Counted from the first letter of the stretch, positions 31,161 to 42,617 are shown. The stretch is DNA of 64,000 bases from an uncultured Mycoplasma sp. (GCA_964616405.1 CAZTRE010000003.1:201-64200), one strand, 5' to 3'. A program made the numbers and translations. The notes: generated by a model not told the origin, from the letters alone.

Positions 31161-31190
31161 GACAGTTTCGACGAAACTTGTCTTTTTTTT
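31161..31190 (+). terminator. intrinsic terminator
   Basis: gacagtttcg / cgaaacttgtc stem (one bulge) followed by T8. Confidence 0.65.
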
Positions 31191-31256
31191 CTCTATCGTT
31201 TTTTGCAGAATTATTATATAATATTATTGCGTGCAGTATGAGAAAAGGGAGAGAAC

Positions 31257-32033
31257 ATGAAAAATACAAAATTATTAGTAGTAGACGATAACAAAAGTTT
31301 AGTGGAAATGATCAAGGAATATTTTAGTGACCATGCAGATATTAAAGTTTCTTATGAAGCCTACGATGGCGCCGAAGCAATTAGATTGCTTGAAGCCAAA
31401 CAAGAGGACATAGATATATTATTATTAGACCTAATAATGCCGAATAAAGACGGAATAAGTGTTTTAGAATATATGCGTGAGAAAAATATTACAAAGAAAA
31501 CGATAGTATTAACTTCATACAATACTCAGGATATGATTAGAAAGGTTTCTGAACTCGGAGTGAACTACTTTATGTTAAAGCCTTTTGAATTAGACGATTT
31601 AGAGCGAAGGATTACCCAAGTAGCCACTGGCGTAAAATATGGTGGAGAAGGAATTGACTTGTACCATAATAACTTACAAGTTTCTATTACAAAGACTTTA
31701 CATGAATTAGGTGTACCATCCCACATTAAAGGATATCAATATATTCGTGAAGGGATTTCTATAGTATATGAAAGACCAGAAATCGTTGGAGGTATCACAA
31801 AAGAGTTATATCCTGACATTGCCAAGAAATACGATACCACAGTATCTCGTGTTGAAAGAGCAATTAGACATGCGATTGAAATAAGTTGGAATCGAGGCAA
31901 TTGGCAACTAATGGAAGATATCTTCGGTCATAGTGTTGATATTGATAAAGCTAAACCTACTAATTCAGAATTTATTGTTACCGTTGCTGACAAACTAAGA
32001 TTAGAATTTAACAAACCGTTTATTACAAATTAA
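31257..32033 (+). CDS. spo0A: sporulation master response regulator Spo0A
   Basis: Receiver domain (VVDDN...D...K) plus a Spo0A_C domain with the signature [18 protein letters not shown]. Confidence 0.85.
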   Translation: MKNTKLLVVDDNKSLVEMIKEYFSDHADIKVSYEAYDGAEAIRLLEAKQEDIDILLLDLIMPNKDGISVLEYMREKNITKKTIVLTSYNTQDMIRKVSELGVNYFMLKPFELDDLERRITQVATGVKYGGEGIDLYHNNLQVSITKTLHELGVPSHIKGYQYIREGISIVYERPEIVGGITKELYPDIAKKYDTTVSRVERAIRHAIEISWNRGNWQLMEDIFGHSVDIDKAKPTNSEFIVTVADKLRLEFNKPFITN

Positions 32034-32168
32034 AGACTTTTGCGGAGTAAACCATCAAATTACTTCTCAAAGGTCTTTTTTCTTAAAATAATCTCCTCAC
32101 ACATTGTTGACTTTATTAAAATAAAAAAGTATACTTAATTTATAAAATATGTAAGGAGAATACGATTT

Positions 32169-33446
32169 ATGGAACGTAAAATAGAAAATTTTTTTCATAA
32201 ATGGCAAAAAGATATAATTAGAAAGCCGTTAATTTTATATGGACCAAAGCAAATAGGAAAGACATTCACAGTTTTATCGTATGGCGCAAAAGAATATAAA
32301 AATGTAATTTACTTCAATACAGAGAATAATTCTCAGTTACTAACTTTATTTATTAAAGAAAAATCTACTGAAAAACTAATTATTAATTTATCATTATTTT
32401 CAGGTGAAACTATTCTTCCGGAAGATACTTTAATTATTCTTGATAACTTAACTTCATTAGAAATAGTAAAAGGAATGAAACTATTTGGAAGTGAACACAG
32501 TAAATATCACATTATTGGAATTACCTCAAATAGAGAAAAACTTGCGGAGTTCAAGGGTGAGGAATTACAATTTAAGGCTATGACAGAGATGGATTTTGAA
32601 GAGTTTCTATGGGCTAAAGATGAGAAGTCTCTTGCGGAATTAATTAGAGATTCGTTTACTAAACATAAGACATGCCCATTTCATAAGGTTGCTTTAGAAT
32701 TATTTGAAGAATATTTGATGACAGGAGGCCTTCCAGAAGTAGTTATCGCGGGTATTCAAGGTAAGACTCCTTACGAAATTGATGCTATTAAACAAAAAAT
32801 AATAGACGTATATAAAAAGGAAATATCTCTAAATAAAACATTAATTGATATTCCTCGAGGCATAGAAGTATTAGATTCCATTCCCACCCAATTACTTAAG
32901 GAAAATAAAAAATTCCAATATGGTCATATGGGCGCAGGAAAGCGTTCTAAGGAATATGAAAGTTCAATAAATTTCCTAGTAAGTAATCAGTTAGCATATC
33001 GTAGTTATAAAGTAAAAACTGTTAAATCACCACTTAGTAGTTGCCGAGAAACTGATAGTTTCAAACTTTATATTCCAGATGATGGACTATTATTTTCAAT
33101 GCTTCACTTAAACTACAAACAATTTATTACTGATGAAAAAATTAAAGAAACTTTATATGAAAATCATATTGCCAAGACATTAGCTGAAGCCGGTTATTCA
33201 TTATATTATTACCAATCAGAAGGAAAGGCAGAGGTAAATTTTGTTATTCAAAATAGAATGGGACAAATTATACCTTTAGAATTAGCTACAAAAACAAATT
33301 CTAAAGCTAAGTCACTATCTGTATTTATGAAAAAATTTACTGTACCACAAGCATATAGAGTAACAGAAAACAACTTTTCAACCAAAAAAGATATTAGATA
33401 TATTCCTATATATGCTGTTTTCTGTTTAAATGATACAAAAATTTAG
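32169..33446 (+). CDS. AAA-family ATPase (AAA_14/DUF4143-type)
   Basis: P-loop GPKQIGKTF near the N-terminus; 425 aa, typical of DUF4143 ATPases. Confidence 0.6.
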   Translation: MERKIENFFHKWQKDIIRKPLILYGPKQIGKTFTVLSYGAKEYKNVIYFNTENNSQLLTLFIKEKSTEKLIINLSLFSGETILPEDTLIILDNLTSLEIVKGMKLFGSEHSKYHIIGITSNREKLAEFKGEELQFKAMTEMDFEEFLWAKDEKSLAELIRDSFTKHKTCPFHKVALELFEEYLMTGGLPEVVIAGIQGKTPYEIDAIKQKIIDVYKKEISLNKTLIDIPRGIEVLDSIPTQLLKENKKFQYGHMGAGKRSKEYESSINFLVSNQLAYRSYKVKTVKSPLSSCRETDSFKLYIPDDGLLFSMLHLNYKQFITDEKIKETLYENHIAKTLAEAGYSLYYYQSEGKAEVNFVIQNRMGQIIPLELATKTNSKAKSLSVFMKKFTVPQAYRVTENNFSTKKDIRYIPIYAVFCLNDTKI

Positions 33447-33454
33447 GAGGATAC

Positions 33455-34957
33455 ATGACAAAACCAATTATTTTAACCATTTTAGATGGCTATGGATTAA
33501 GAGAAGAAACTCACGGCAATGCCGTTAAATTAGCTAATAATAAAATATTTAATATGTTATGGAACAATTATCCACATACAACACTAGAAGCCTCAGGAAA
33601 AAAAGTAGGGCTTCCAGAAGGACAAATGGGTAATAGTGAAGTAGGACATATGAATATTGGAGCTGGTAGGATTGTTTATCAACCACTTGAACTAATAAAT
33701 AAGAGTATTGAAGATAACGAATTTTTTGAAAATGAAACATTCCTTAAAGTAATTAACCATACAAAGGAAAACAATTCAAAACTACATCTTATGGGTTTAA
33801 TAAGCGATGGTGGAGTACATTCACATATTAATCATCTAATGGCTTTACTAGACTTGTGTAAACAACAAGATGTTGAAAAACTTTATCTTCATTTATTTAC
33901 AGATGGGAGAGATGTTTTACCGCAAAGTGCTTACACATATATTCACCAAGTAGAAGAGAAATTAAGAAAGTTAGGAATCGGAACCATTGCTACAATAAGT
34001 GGTCGCTATTATGCCATGGATAGAGATAATAATTATGATCGTCTAAAGAAGGCCTATGATGCAATTGTTTATGGAGAAGGAATTAAATCAAACTCCATCA
34101 AAGAATATATTGACAATAGTTATAAAAATAAAATAATAGATGAGTTCTTTGAACCAGCCATATTTACCAAAAATGGCCAATTAGAAGAAAATGATGGAAT
34201 AATTGCTTTTAACTTTAGAAAAGATAGATTACGCGAAATTTTAACAGCTATAACAAATCCAACTTTTAAAGATATGGAAGTAATCAGATTTAACAATGTA
34301 CCTGTAGTTACAATGATGCCAGTAGTTGAATCAGTTATTGCTAACCATGCCTTTTCTGACCCAAAACTTACAAATATCTTAGGAGAATATATTGCCTCAT
34401 GCGGCAAAAGTCAATTGCGTATAGCCGAAACAGAAAAATATGCTCATGTAACCTTCTTCTTTGATGGCGGAAAGGAAATAGAATATAATAATGAAAAAAA
34501 AATATTAGTTCCATCACCAAAGGTCGCAACATACGATCTTCAGCCTGAAATGAGTGTCTATAAGGTGACGGAAGCCCTATTAAATGAATTGGAAAACTAT
34601 GATTTAGTTATTTTAAACTTTGCTAATGGTGATATGGTTGGACATACTGGAGTTTTAGAAGCAGCCATAAAAGCCGTAGAAAGCATAGATGAATGTTTAG
34701 AAAAAATATATAACAAGGTTGAAGAATTAGGTGGAACTCTGATTGTCACAGCTGATCATGGTAATTGCGAAGAGATGTTAGATGATAATGATAACATTCT
34801 AACAGCTCACACTACTAACCCTGTTCCATTTATTGTAACAAATAAAAATATTTCACTAGTACCAGGAAAACTAGGAGATATAGCCCCAACAATATTAGAA
34901 TTAATGAATTTAGAAAAGCCAGTTGAAATGACAGGTGTTTCCCTAATAAAAAAATAA
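33455..34957 (+). CDS. gpmI: 2,3-bisphosphoglycerate-independent phosphoglycerate mutase
   Basis: 500 aa with iPGM motifs (LDGYG, SEVGHMN, GRYYAMDRD, ADHGN). Confidence 0.95.
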   Translation: MTKPIILTILDGYGLREETHGNAVKLANNKIFNMLWNNYPHTTLEASGKKVGLPEGQMGNSEVGHMNIGAGRIVYQPLELINKSIEDNEFFENETFLKVINHTKENNSKLHLMGLISDGGVHSHINHLMALLDLCKQQDVEKLYLHLFTDGRDVLPQSAYTYIHQVEEKLRKLGIGTIATISGRYYAMDRDNNYDRLKKAYDAIVYGEGIKSNSIKEYIDNSYKNKIIDEFFEPAIFTKNGQLEENDGIIAFNFRKDRLREILTAITNPTFKDMEVIRFNNVPVVTMMPVVESVIANHAFSDPKLTNILGEYIASCGKSQLRIAETEKYAHVTFFFDGGKEIEYNNEKKILVPSPKVATYDLQPEMSVYKVTEALLNELENYDLVILNFANGDMVGHTGVLEAAIKAVESIDECLEKIYNKVEELGGTLIVTADHGNCEEMLDDNDNILTAHTTNPVPFIVTNKNISLVPGKLGDIAPTILELMNLEKPVEMTGVSLIKK

Positions 34958-34980
34958 CAGCTTATTGCTGTTATTTTATT
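34953..34980. terminator. bidirectional terminator
   Basis: aataacagc-ttatt-gctgttatt hairpin between gpmI and the convergent xre gene. Confidence 0.6.
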
Positions 34981-35245
34981 GTTGAACTAATTCGTTCATA
35001 TCTAGTTCAAATAACTTACCCGGATTAATATCTAAAGCAAGTGAAATCTTCCAAATTGTATCAACTGAAAAAGTTTTAACACCTTTCTTTGATTCAATCC
35101 TTCTGATAAACTCATGCGAAACACCAACTCGCTCAGCCAATACTGCTTGTGTAATATTTGCCGCCATACGATACTTTTTAATATTTCTTGCTATTTGCTC
35201 ATAGATATTTACTTCATATTTATTCATAAAATCACCAACTAACAA
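34976..35245 (-). CDS. XRE-family HTH transcriptional regulator
   Basis: 89 aa with an HTH_3-like sequence (ITQAVLAERVGVSHEFIRRIE). Confidence 0.7.
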   Translation of the reverse strand: MLVGDFMNKYEVNIYEQIARNIKKYRMAANITQAVLAERVGVSHEFIRRIESKKGVKTFSVDTIWKISLALDINPGKLFELDMNELVQQ

Positions 35246-35356
35246 TATTATGTACTAAAATATTAAAATAATATGTAAATTCCAAATTTACAAAGCAATC
35301 TTGTTCGATTGTATTGTAAAAGAAAACAAATTATAATATATAAAAGAGGTGAGTTC

Positions 35357-36589
35357 ATGAAAGAACGAATAATTTTTCACATAGATGTTAATAATGCATT
35401 CCTTTCATGGACAGCCGTACTTTTATTAAAACAAGGATACAAACAAGACATTAGAAAAATACCCTCAGTTATTGGTGGCGACGAAAGTTCTCGTCATGGA
35501 ATCGTTTTAGCTAAGTCACCTATTGCTAAGAGATTTGGTATTGTCACTGCTGAAACTTTATACCAAGCTAAAAAGAAGTGCCCAACTCTTCAAATATTTA
35601 AACCAAATCATGCTTGGTATTCTAAAATGTCTAAAGAATTATTTGATTATTTATCTCAATATTCTCCATTATTGGAAAAATTTTCTATTGATGAGTGTTT
35701 TCTAGATATGACAGGAACAAATTATTTATATAAGAACTATGAAGAATTAGCCTATAGAATAAAAGATGAAATAAAAGAAAAATTTGGTTTTACCGTTAAT
35801 GTAGGTATAGGTAATAATAAATTGTGTGCCAAAATGGCATCAGACTTAGAAAAACCAGATAAAGTTCACACCTTATTTAAAGATGAAATAGAGAAAAAAC
35901 TTTGGCCACTTGAAGTAGGAGAACTATTCATGGTGGGGAAAAGTAGTAAAAAAACTCTTAATTCAATAAATATTTTTACGATTAAAGATTTAGCCTTTGC
36001 GGACAATAAAATGTTGGAAAAACATTTTAAAAATCAAGCAACAAGATTAAAAGAAGCTGCTTGGGGTATAGATCATACCAAGGTTGAGCCACGCAGTTAT
36101 AAACGTGATAGCATCAGCACAACTGAGACGTTATCTTATGATTATACCGATGAAGATAAATTAAAAGACATCCTCTTTAGACAAACAGAAGAAGTTTCTA
36201 GACAACTTCGCCATCAGCATCAATATGCCAAAACGGTTGCTGTAATATTTAAAAACAATCAGTTTATAAGCTATTCAGCACAAGCCAAACTAAATTCTCC
36301 ATCAAATAATACAAAAGATATATATAGATTGGTTATAGAAATATTCAATACAAATTATAAAGAAGACCCCATTAGACTAATAGGTGTACGCTTAGCAGAT
36401 TTTACAGATACTAAAGAAACTCAAATGAGATTATTTGACGAACAACAATCCACAGAAAGTGTGGAAAACGATGAAGTTCAAAAAATGATAGACAACATAA
36501 ATGAGAAATTTGGTAAATCAATTTTGGCTCCAGCAACTTTAAAATTAATAAGTAAAGAGCATTTTGAACGTGAAAAATTAAAAAAGTAA
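35357..36589 (+). CDS. dinB: Y-family DNA polymerase (DinB/Pol IV-like)
   Basis: RBS aagaggtgag before the ATG at 35357; the track's 35309 start is unlikely. Product starts MKERIIFHIDVNNAFLS and contains SIDECFLD, both Y-family palm motifs. Confidence 0.8.
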   Translation: MKERIIFHIDVNNAFLSWTAVLLLKQGYKQDIRKIPSVIGGDESSRHGIVLAKSPIAKRFGIVTAETLYQAKKKCPTLQIFKPNHAWYSKMSKELFDYLSQYSPLLEKFSIDECFLDMTGTNYLYKNYEELAYRIKDEIKEKFGFTVNVGIGNNKLCAKMASDLEKPDKVHTLFKDEIEKKLWPLEVGELFMVGKSSKKTLNSINIFTIKDLAFADNKMLEKHFKNQATRLKEAAWGIDHTKVEPRSYKRDSISTTETLSYDYTDEDKLKDILFRQTEEVSRQLRHQHQYAKTVAVIFKNNQFISYSAQAKLNSPSNNTKDIYRLVIEIFNTNYKEDPIRLIGVRLADFTDTKETQMRLFDEQQSTESVENDEVQKMIDNINEKFGKSILAPATLKLISKEHFEREKLKK

Positions 36590-36650
36590 CTTTAAAAATT
36601 TTCAAAAAGTAAAATAATGTTGAAAAATAAGAAAAAAACGAAAAAAATGC

Positions 36651-36679
36651 TTGCAAAACATGCCATACCTTGTTATAAT
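36651..36679 (+). promoter_or_regulatory. S10-operon promoter: TTGCAA, 17 nt, TGtTATAAT
   Basis: TTGCAA at 36651-36656, 17-nt spacer, extended -10 TGT TATAAT ending at 36679. Confidence 0.55.
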
Positions 36680-36803
36680 TATAACCGTGTGACTGCTTAG
36701 ATGTGCGAGGTTGTCGATACACCGGGTTAAGTTGTTAATTCGTTATTGGGTTATTCGCACGGAGCAAGTCTATACAAGATATAGGCGAAGGGAGAAACAG
36801 AAT
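36680..36803 (+). promoter_or_regulatory. structured 5' leader of the S10 operon (long hairpin gtgcga...tcgcac, 36703-36770)
   Basis: A ~125-nt untranslated leader with a long-range inverted repeat. It may be an r-protein autoregulatory element. Confidence 0.35.
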
Positions 36804-37115
36804 ATGTCAACAGAAAAAATTCGTATTAGAATTAAATCATACGATCACAGAATACTTGATAATGCAGCAAAGAAAATTGTTGAAACAGTTAAGAGAACTG
36901 GTGGAGTTATCTCAGGACCAGTACCACTTCCAACTGAAATTGAAAAATTCACAATTTTAAGAGCTGTACACAAATATAAAGATTCACGTGAACAATTCGA
37001 AATGCGTACACACAAAAGATTAATTGATATTAAAAATCCAAGTAAGGAAACAGTTGAAGCACTAGCTCACTTAGACTTACCAAGTGGTGTTGATATCGAA
37101 ATTAAAACAAAATAA
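36804..37115 (+). CDS. rpsJ: 30S ribosomal protein S10
   Basis: [19 protein letters not shown]... Start refined to the ATG at 36804, in frame with the longer track ORF. Confidence 0.9.
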   Translation: MSTEKIRIRIKSYDHRILDNAAKKIVETVKRTGGVISGPVPLPTEIEKFTILRAVHKYKDSREQFEMRTHKRLIDIKNPSKETVEALAHLDLPSGVDIEIKTK

Positions 37116-37133
37116 TTTAGGAGGAAAACAATA

Positions 37134-37853
37134 ATGAAAGGAATCTTAGGTAAGAAAATCGGGATGACTCAAGTATTTACTACAGAAGGTAAATTAATTC
37201 CGGTTACTGTTATTGAAGTTGAACCAAATGTGGTAACTCAAATCAAAACAGTTGAAAAAGATGGTTATGAAGCAGTACAACTTGCCACTGATACAATCAG
37301 AGAAAAGTTAAGCAACAAACCAGCTATGGGTCATACAAACAAAGCTAATACAGCACCTAAGCGCTTCTTAAGAGAAATTAGAGGAGTTAACGTTAATGAT
37401 TACACTTTAGGTCAAACTATTGGCGTAGACATTTTCAGCGAAGGGGAAATGGTTGATGTTACTGGAACTAGTAAAGGTAAAGGGTTCCAAGGTGTTATTA
37501 AACGTCACAATCAATCAATTGGTCCAAAAGGACATGGTTCTCAATACCACAGAGGTGTTGGTTCATTAGGTACTCTTTTACCAATGCACGTTCTAAAAGG
37601 TAAAAAGATGCCAGGACAAATGGGTAATGTTCAAAGAACAGTTCAAAATCTTGAAATCGTATCAGTAGATACAGAAAACAGCGTAATTTTAATTAAAGGT
37701 AATGTTCCAGGTCCAAAGAAATCATTAGTTATGATTCGTACTGCGGTTAAAAAACCAGATGTAAAAAAAGAAGCTGCTAACTTAGTTAGTTACGTAGAAC
37801 CTGAAGTAGCTGAAGTTGAAGAATCAGCTACAGAAGAAACAACAGTAGAATAA
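37134..37853 (+). CDS. rplC: 50S ribosomal protein L3 (with acidic C-terminal extension)
   Basis: Conserved L3 sequence in operon order. Confidence 0.9.
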   Translation: MKGILGKKIGMTQVFTTEGKLIPVTVIEVEPNVVTQIKTVEKDGYEAVQLATDTIREKLSNKPAMGHTNKANTAPKRFLREIRGVNVNDYTLGQTIGVDIFSEGEMVDVTGTSKGKGFQGVIKRHNQSIGPKGHGSQYHRGVGSLGTLLPMHVLKGKKMPGQMGNVQRTVQNLEIVSVDTENSVILIKGNVPGPKKSLVMIRTAVKKPDVKKEAANLVSYVEPEVAEVEESATEETTVE

Positions 37854-37918
37854 TCATCACAATATATAATAAAGAAAAGAAATTTTTAATTTAAATGTGA
37901 TGAAAGGAGGAATCGTAA

Positions 37919-38545
37919 ATGAAAAAAGTAGAACTTTTAAATCTTAAAGGTGAAAAAGTAAAGGACATTAATTTAAACGAAGAAATATTTGGAATTACCC
38001 CAAACAATGCTGTTTTACATGATGCAATCATTTTATCAATGGCATCATTAAGACAAGGAACTCATAAAACAAAAAATCGTTCAGAAGTAAGTGGTGGAGG
38101 AAGAAAGCCATGGAGACAAAAAGGAACTGGACGTGCTCGTCAAGGCTCAATTAGAGCCGTACAATGGGTAGGTGGAGGAAACTATGGAACTCCAGTACCT
38201 AGAGACTATAGCAAAAAACAAAACAGAAAAGAAAGAAGAATTGCTTTAAAATCAGCTTTAGCAGATAAGGCAAATGATAAAGCAATCATCGTTTTAGAAA
38301 ACTTAAACATTGAAACACCAAAGACAAAAGAAATGATGAATATTCTTGAAACTCTAAAAGTTGCTGATAAAAAAGTATTATTAGTTGTAGATGCATTTGA
38401 TGATAACATGATTTTAGCATCAAGAAACATCCAAAACTTGGTATTAATATTAGCAGAAGAAATCAACGTATTAGATGTAGTTGGAACTGATGTAATGTTA
38501 GTTACTGAAGCTGCATTAAAAAATATTGAGGAGGTGCTTAAATAA
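37919..38545 (+). CDS. rplD: 50S ribosomal protein L4
   Basis: Operon position; 208 aa. Confidence 0.9.
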   Translation: MKKVELLNLKGEKVKDINLNEEIFGITPNNAVLHDAIILSMASLRQGTHKTKNRSEVSGGGRKPWRQKGTGRARQGSIRAVQWVGGGNYGTPVPRDYSKKQNRKERRIALKSALADKANDKAIIVLENLNIETPKTKEMMNILETLKVADKKVLLVVDAFDDNMILASRNIQNLVLILAEEINVLDVVGTDVMLVTEAALKNIEEVLK

Positions 38546-38829
38546 TGAAAGATACTAAATATTTAGAAATACTTAAAGCACCAGTTATTACTGAAAAATC
38601 ACAAATTGCTAAAAGCGAAGGAAAATATACTTTCAAAGTAGATTCTAAAGCTAACAAAATTGAAATTAAAGAAGCAATCGAAAAAATCTTTAATGTCAAA
38701 GTTACAGCAATTAGAACAATAAACGTAAAACCTAAAAAAAGAAGAGTTGGTCGTTACACAGGATTAACTAATCGTTATAAGAAAGCAATTGTTACTCTTG
38801 CAGAAGGACAAACAATTGATCTTGGTTAG
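38545..38829 (+). CDS. rplW: 50S ribosomal protein L23
   Basis: Operon position; 94 aa. Confidence 0.9.
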   Translation: MKDTKYLEILKAPVITEKSQIAKSEGKYTFKVDSKANKIEIKEAIEKIFNVKVTAIRTINVKPKKRRVGRYTGLTNRYKKAIVTLAEGQTIDLG

Positions 38830-38846
38830 AAGGAGGAGAATAAATT

Positions 38847-39674
38847 ATGGCAATCAGAAATTATAAACCTACTACACCAGGACGTAGAAAAATGAGTACA
38901 TTAGTAAATGAAGAAATTACAACTAATGTACCAGAAAAATCTCTTACAGTTACTATTAAGAAAAATGGTGGACGTAATAATCAAGGTAAGATAACAGTTC
39001 GTCATCATGGTGGCGGAGAAAAAAGAAAATATCGTATCATTGATTTCAAAAGAAATAAATTAAACGTACCTGGATCAGTAGCAACAATTGAATACGATCC
39101 AAACAGAACTGCGAATATTGCATTAATTAATTACGCAGATGGAGAAAAAAGATATATCATCGCTCCAAAAGGTTTAACAATTGGAATGACAATTGAAGCT
39201 GGAGAAAACGCTGATATCAAAGCTGGTAATGCGTTACCAATTATGAATATCCCAGTTGGTACAATGGTTCATAACATTGAACTTCGTCCAGGAAAAGGTG
39301 GAGAATTAGCAAGAAGTGCTGGTTCATCTGCACAAATCCTTGGTCGTGAAGGAAACTATGTAATGATTCGTTTATCAAGTGGTGAACAAAGAAAAGTTCT
39401 TGGAACTTGTATGGCTACAGTTGGAGAAGTTGGAAATGAAGATTCTTCATTAGTAAAAGTCGGAAAAGCAGGACGTAGCCGTCACATGGGAATTAGACCA
39501 ACAGTTCGTGGTTCAGTAATGAACCCTAATGACCACCCACATGGTGGTGGTGAAGGACGTGCTCCAGTAGGACGTAAGGCACCAATGACACCTTGGGGTA
39601 AACCTGCACTTGGATTAAAGACACGTAAGAAAAAACAATCTGACAAGTTCATAGTACGTCGTCGTAGTAAATAA
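38847..39674 (+). CDS. rplB: 50S ribosomal protein L2
   Basis: [16 protein letters not shown] and HPHGGGEG motifs. Confidence 0.95.
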   Translation: MAIRNYKPTTPGRRKMSTLVNEEITTNVPEKSLTVTIKKNGGRNNQGKITVRHHGGGEKRKYRIIDFKRNKLNVPGSVATIEYDPNRTANIALINYADGEKRYIIAPKGLTIGMTIEAGENADIKAGNALPIMNIPVGTMVHNIELRPGKGGELARSAGSSAQILGREGNYVMIRLSSGEQRKVLGTCMATVGEVGNEDSSLVKVGKAGRSRHMGIRPTVRGSVMNPNDHPHGGGEGRAPVGRKAPMTPWGKPALGLKTRKKKQSDKFIVRRRSK

Positions 39675-39695
39675 TTAGGAAAGGATGATTAAAAA

Positions 39696-39962
39696 ATGGC
39701 AAGAAGTTTAAAAAAAGGACCTTATGTATTCGACAGATTACTAAAAAGAGTTCAAGAATTAAATAAGTCTGGGAAAAAAGAAGTCATTAAAACATGGTCA
39801 CGCCGTTCCACTATTTTTCCTGATTTTATAGGACACACATTTGCAGTTCACAACGGAAGAGAATTTATTCCAGTTTATGTTACTGAAGACATGGTTGGAC
39901 ATAAATTAGGTGAATTTGCATTAACACGTAAATTCGGTGGACATGGTTCAGACAAAAAATAA
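39696..39962 (+). CDS. rpsS: 30S ribosomal protein S19
   Basis: MARSLKKGP... with the conserved GHKLGEF. Confidence 0.9.
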   Translation: MARSLKKGPYVFDRLLKRVQELNKSGKKEVIKTWSRRSTIFPDFIGHTFAVHNGREFIPVYVTEDMVGHKLGEFALTRKFGGHGSDKK

Positions 39963-39986
39963 AAATAATGACTAGGAGGGAAATAT

Positions 39987-40322
39987 ATGGAAGCAAAAGC
40001 AATTGCTAAGGGACTTAGAATATCACCTATTAGAGCTCGTTTAGTTTCAGATCTAATCCGTGGTAAAAGTGTACAAGAAGCATTAACCATATTAAGTAAT
40101 GTAAATAATAAGTCAGCAAGACTTACTAAAAAAGTTTTAGACTCTGCTATTGCTAACGCTGTTAACAATAATGGTGCAGATGCTGCAACACTTTATGTTA
40201 AAGAAGCAAGAGTAGATGCTGGTCCAGTTATGAAACGTCATATGTTTGATTCACGTTCTCATATTGGACATAAAGATCACAGAACTAGTCACATAGTTAT
40301 AGCAGTGGCTACAAGAAACTAA
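39987..40322 (+). CDS. rplV: 50S ribosomal protein L22
   Basis: Operon order; 111 aa. Confidence 0.9.
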   Translation: MEAKAIAKGLRISPIRARLVSDLIRGKSVQEALTILSNVNNKSARLTKKVLDSAIANAVNNNGADAATLYVKEARVDAGPVMKRHMFDSRSHIGHKDHRTSHIVIAVATRN

Positions 40323-40337
40323 TAAGGAGGTTACAAA

Positions 40338-40988
40338 ATGGGACAAAAGGTTAATCCTAATGGACTTAGACTTGGAATCAATAAAGACTGGCAAGCAAAA
40401 TGGTATGCAAATAACAAAGATTTCTCTAAGTATTTAGAAAAAGATGTTAAAATTCGTGAATATTTAGCTGAAAACTTAAAGAATGCCGGAATTGCAAAAG
40501 TTGAAATTGAAAGAAATGCTAAGAAATGTGAAGTTGTAATTCATACTTCAAAACCAGGTGTTATGATCGGACATGGTGGAGAAGAAATTGAAAAATTAAA
40601 AGCACAATTATCAAAGGTTGCAGATGAAAACGTTCAAATATCAATCGTTGATATTAAAAAAGTAGATTTAGATGCTCAATTAGTAGCTGATTCAATCGCT
40701 AATCAAATTACTAACAGAGCTTCATTCCGTATGGCTCAAAAACGTGCAATTAGAAATGCTATGAAAGCAGGAGCTAAAGGAATTAAAACATCAGTTTCAG
40801 GACGTTTAGGTGGAGCTGATATGGCACGTAGTGAAGGATACACTGAAGGAACTATTCCTCTACATACATTAAGAGCAGATGTTGATTATGCAACAGCAGA
40901 AGCTGATACAACATTTGGTAAAATTGGTGTAAAGGTATGGATCTACAAAGGTGAAATCTTAAATAAAAAGGCAAAAGGAGGTAATTAA
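40338..40988 (+). CDS. rpsC: 30S ribosomal protein S3
   Basis: [13 protein letters not shown] start and a KH domain. Confidence 0.95.
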   Translation: MGQKVNPNGLRLGINKDWQAKWYANNKDFSKYLEKDVKIREYLAENLKNAGIAKVEIERNAKKCEVVIHTSKPGVMIGHGGEEIEKLKAQLSKVADENVQISIVDIKKVDLDAQLVADSIANQITNRASFRMAQKRAIRNAMKAGAKGIKTSVSGRLGGADMARSEGYTEGTIPLHTLRADVDYATAEADTTFGKIGVKVWIYKGEILNKKAKGGN

Positions 40989-40989
40989 T

Positions 40990-41421
40990 ATGTTAATACC
41001 GTCAAGAACTAAATATCGTCGTGTTCATAGATTACCTTACGAAGGAAGATCACGTGGAAATAGAGAATTATCATTTGGTGAATACGGTCTTCAAGCAAAA
41101 GAAGGCGCTTGGATCACTGCAAATCAAATCGAAGCTGCTCGTATTGCAATGACTCGTTACATGAAACGTGGTGGAAAAGTTTGGATAAACATCTTCCCTC
41201 ATATGCCATTAACTAAAAAACCTATCGGTACAAGACAAGGTAAAGGTAAAGGTAATGTTGAAGGATGGGTTGCAGTAGTTAAAGAAGGAAAGATCATGTT
41301 TGAAATTGCTGGAGTTACTGAAGAAGTTGCTCGTGAAGCTTTAAGACTTGCATCTCATAAACTACCTATTGCAACTAAATTTGTAAAAAAAGAAAATGGT
41401 GGTGAAGTAAATGAAGGTTAA
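40990..41421 (+). CDS. rplP: 50S ribosomal protein L16
   Basis: [14 protein letters not shown]... Confidence 0.9.
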   Translation: MLIPSRTKYRRVHRLPYEGRSRGNRELSFGEYGLQAKEGAWITANQIEAARIAMTRYMKRGGKVWINIFPHMPLTKKPIGTRQGKGKGNVEGWVAVVKEGKIMFEIAGVTEEVAREALRLASHKLPIATKFVKKENGGEVNEG

Positions 41422-41605
41422 AGAAATTAGAGAATTATCAACAGAAGAAATCAACAAGAAATTAGTTGAAGCAAAAGAAGAATTATTTAACTTACGTTTC
41501 CAACAAGCAACAGGAAACTTAGAAAAGCCATCTAGAATAAAAGATTTAAGACATACAGTTGCAAGATTAAAGACCGTTCTAAAAGAACGCGAATTAAGTG
41601 AGTAG
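41411..41605 (+). CDS. rpmC: 50S ribosomal protein L29
   Basis: Operon order; 64 aa. Confidence 0.85.
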   Translation: MKVKEIRELSTEEINKKLVEAKEELFNLRFQQATGNLEKPSRIKDLRHTVARLKTVLKERELSE

Positions 41606-41616
41606 GAGGGATTTAA

Positions 41617-41877
41617 GTGGAAAAGAAATTAAGCAAAGAATTAGTTGGTAAAGTTGTTAGCTCTACTAATGATAAAACAATCACTGTTTTAGTTGAAACT
41701 TATAAGAACCATCCGTTATATCATAAAAGAGTAAAGAGCTCAAAAAAATATAGTGTACATGATGAAAAAAATATCGCTAAAGTTGGAGATACAGTTCGTA
41801 TAATTGAAACAAGACCTATATCAAAGACTAAGCATTTCTATTTAAAAGAAATCGTAAAAGAAGCAGTTATTATTTAA
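41617..41877 (+). CDS. rpsQ: 30S ribosomal protein S17 (GTG start)
   Basis: Operon order; 86 aa. Confidence 0.85.
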   Translation: MEKKLSKELVGKVVSSTNDKTITVLVETYKNHPLYHKRVKSSKKYSVHDEKNIAKVGDTVRIIETRPISKTKHFYLKEIVKEAVII

Positions 41878-41906
41878 CGCTAAAGATGAAGAAGGAGGAA
41901 TAATCT

Positions 41907-42275
41907 ATGTTACAACAAGAAAGCCGAATGAAGGTTGCAGATAACTCTGGTGCACGTGAATTATTAGTAATTCGTGTTCTAGGTGGAAGCAAGGTAAAAA
42001 CAGGTAACATTGGTGACGTAGTAGTTGGAGCAGTAAAAAGTGCAATTCCTAACTCACCAATTAAAAAGGGAAAAGTTGTAAAGGCAGTTATCGTTCGTAG
42101 TCGTCAAGGCGTTCGTCGTGAAGATGGAAGTTACATTAAGTTCGATGACAATGCTTGTGTTATCATTCGTGATGACAAGAGTCCAGTAGGAACTCGTATT
42201 TTTGGACCAGTAGCAAGAGAACTTCGTGATAAAGATTACATGAAAATTGTTTCTTTAGCAAAAGAAGTTTTATAA
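41907..42275 (+). CDS. rplN: 50S ribosomal protein L14
   Basis: [19 protein letters not shown]... Confidence 0.95.
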   Translation: MLQQESRMKVADNSGARELLVIRVLGGSKVKTGNIGDVVVGAVKSAIPNSPIKKGKVVKAVIVRSRQGVRREDGSYIKFDDNACVIIRDDKSPVGTRIFGPVARELRDKDYMKIVSLAKEVL

Positions 42276-42288
42276 GAGGAGGATAAAT

Positions 42289-42600
42289 ATGAACTTTAAA
42301 GTAGGAGATGAAGTTGTAGTTATCACTGGTTCTGATAAAGGTAAAACAGGAAAAATTGTTAAAACATTAAAAGATGAAAATAGAGTAGTAGTTGAAGGTG
42401 TAAATATCGTTAAAAAGCATCAAAAACCTACTGGTCAAGCAACAGGTGGAATTCTAGAAGTAGAATCTCCAATCAATGCATCAAATGTTATGATAGTTGA
42501 TCCTAAAACTAAGAAAAGAACTAGAATAGGACATACAACTGATACAAAAACAGGTAAAAAAATTAGAATCGCAAAAAAATCAAACGAGAAGATTGATTAA
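42289..42600 (+). CDS. rplX: 50S ribosomal protein L24
   Basis: KOW motif ([18 protein letters not shown]). Confidence 0.9.
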   Translation: MNFKVGDEVVVITGSDKGKTGKIVKTLKDENRVVVEGVNIVKKHQKPTGQATGGILEVESPINASNVMIVDPKTKKRTRIGHTTDTKTGKKIRIAKKSNEKID

Positions 42601-42617
42601 TTGGAAGGAGGGTAACT

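Noticed and set aside
35309-35356. Extended N-terminus (MYCKRKQIIIYKRGEF) of the Y-family polymerase suggested by the ORF track
   Set aside because: The ATG at 35357 has a proper RBS and matches the conserved polymerase start. The extension lies in the promoter region.
38206-38466. Minus-strand ORFs inside ribosomal protein genes (also 39875..40168, 43043..43264, 46678..46944, 49885..50082)
   Set aside because: Antisense to highly conserved, clearly coding r-protein and secY genes. Low-complexity translations. Spurious.
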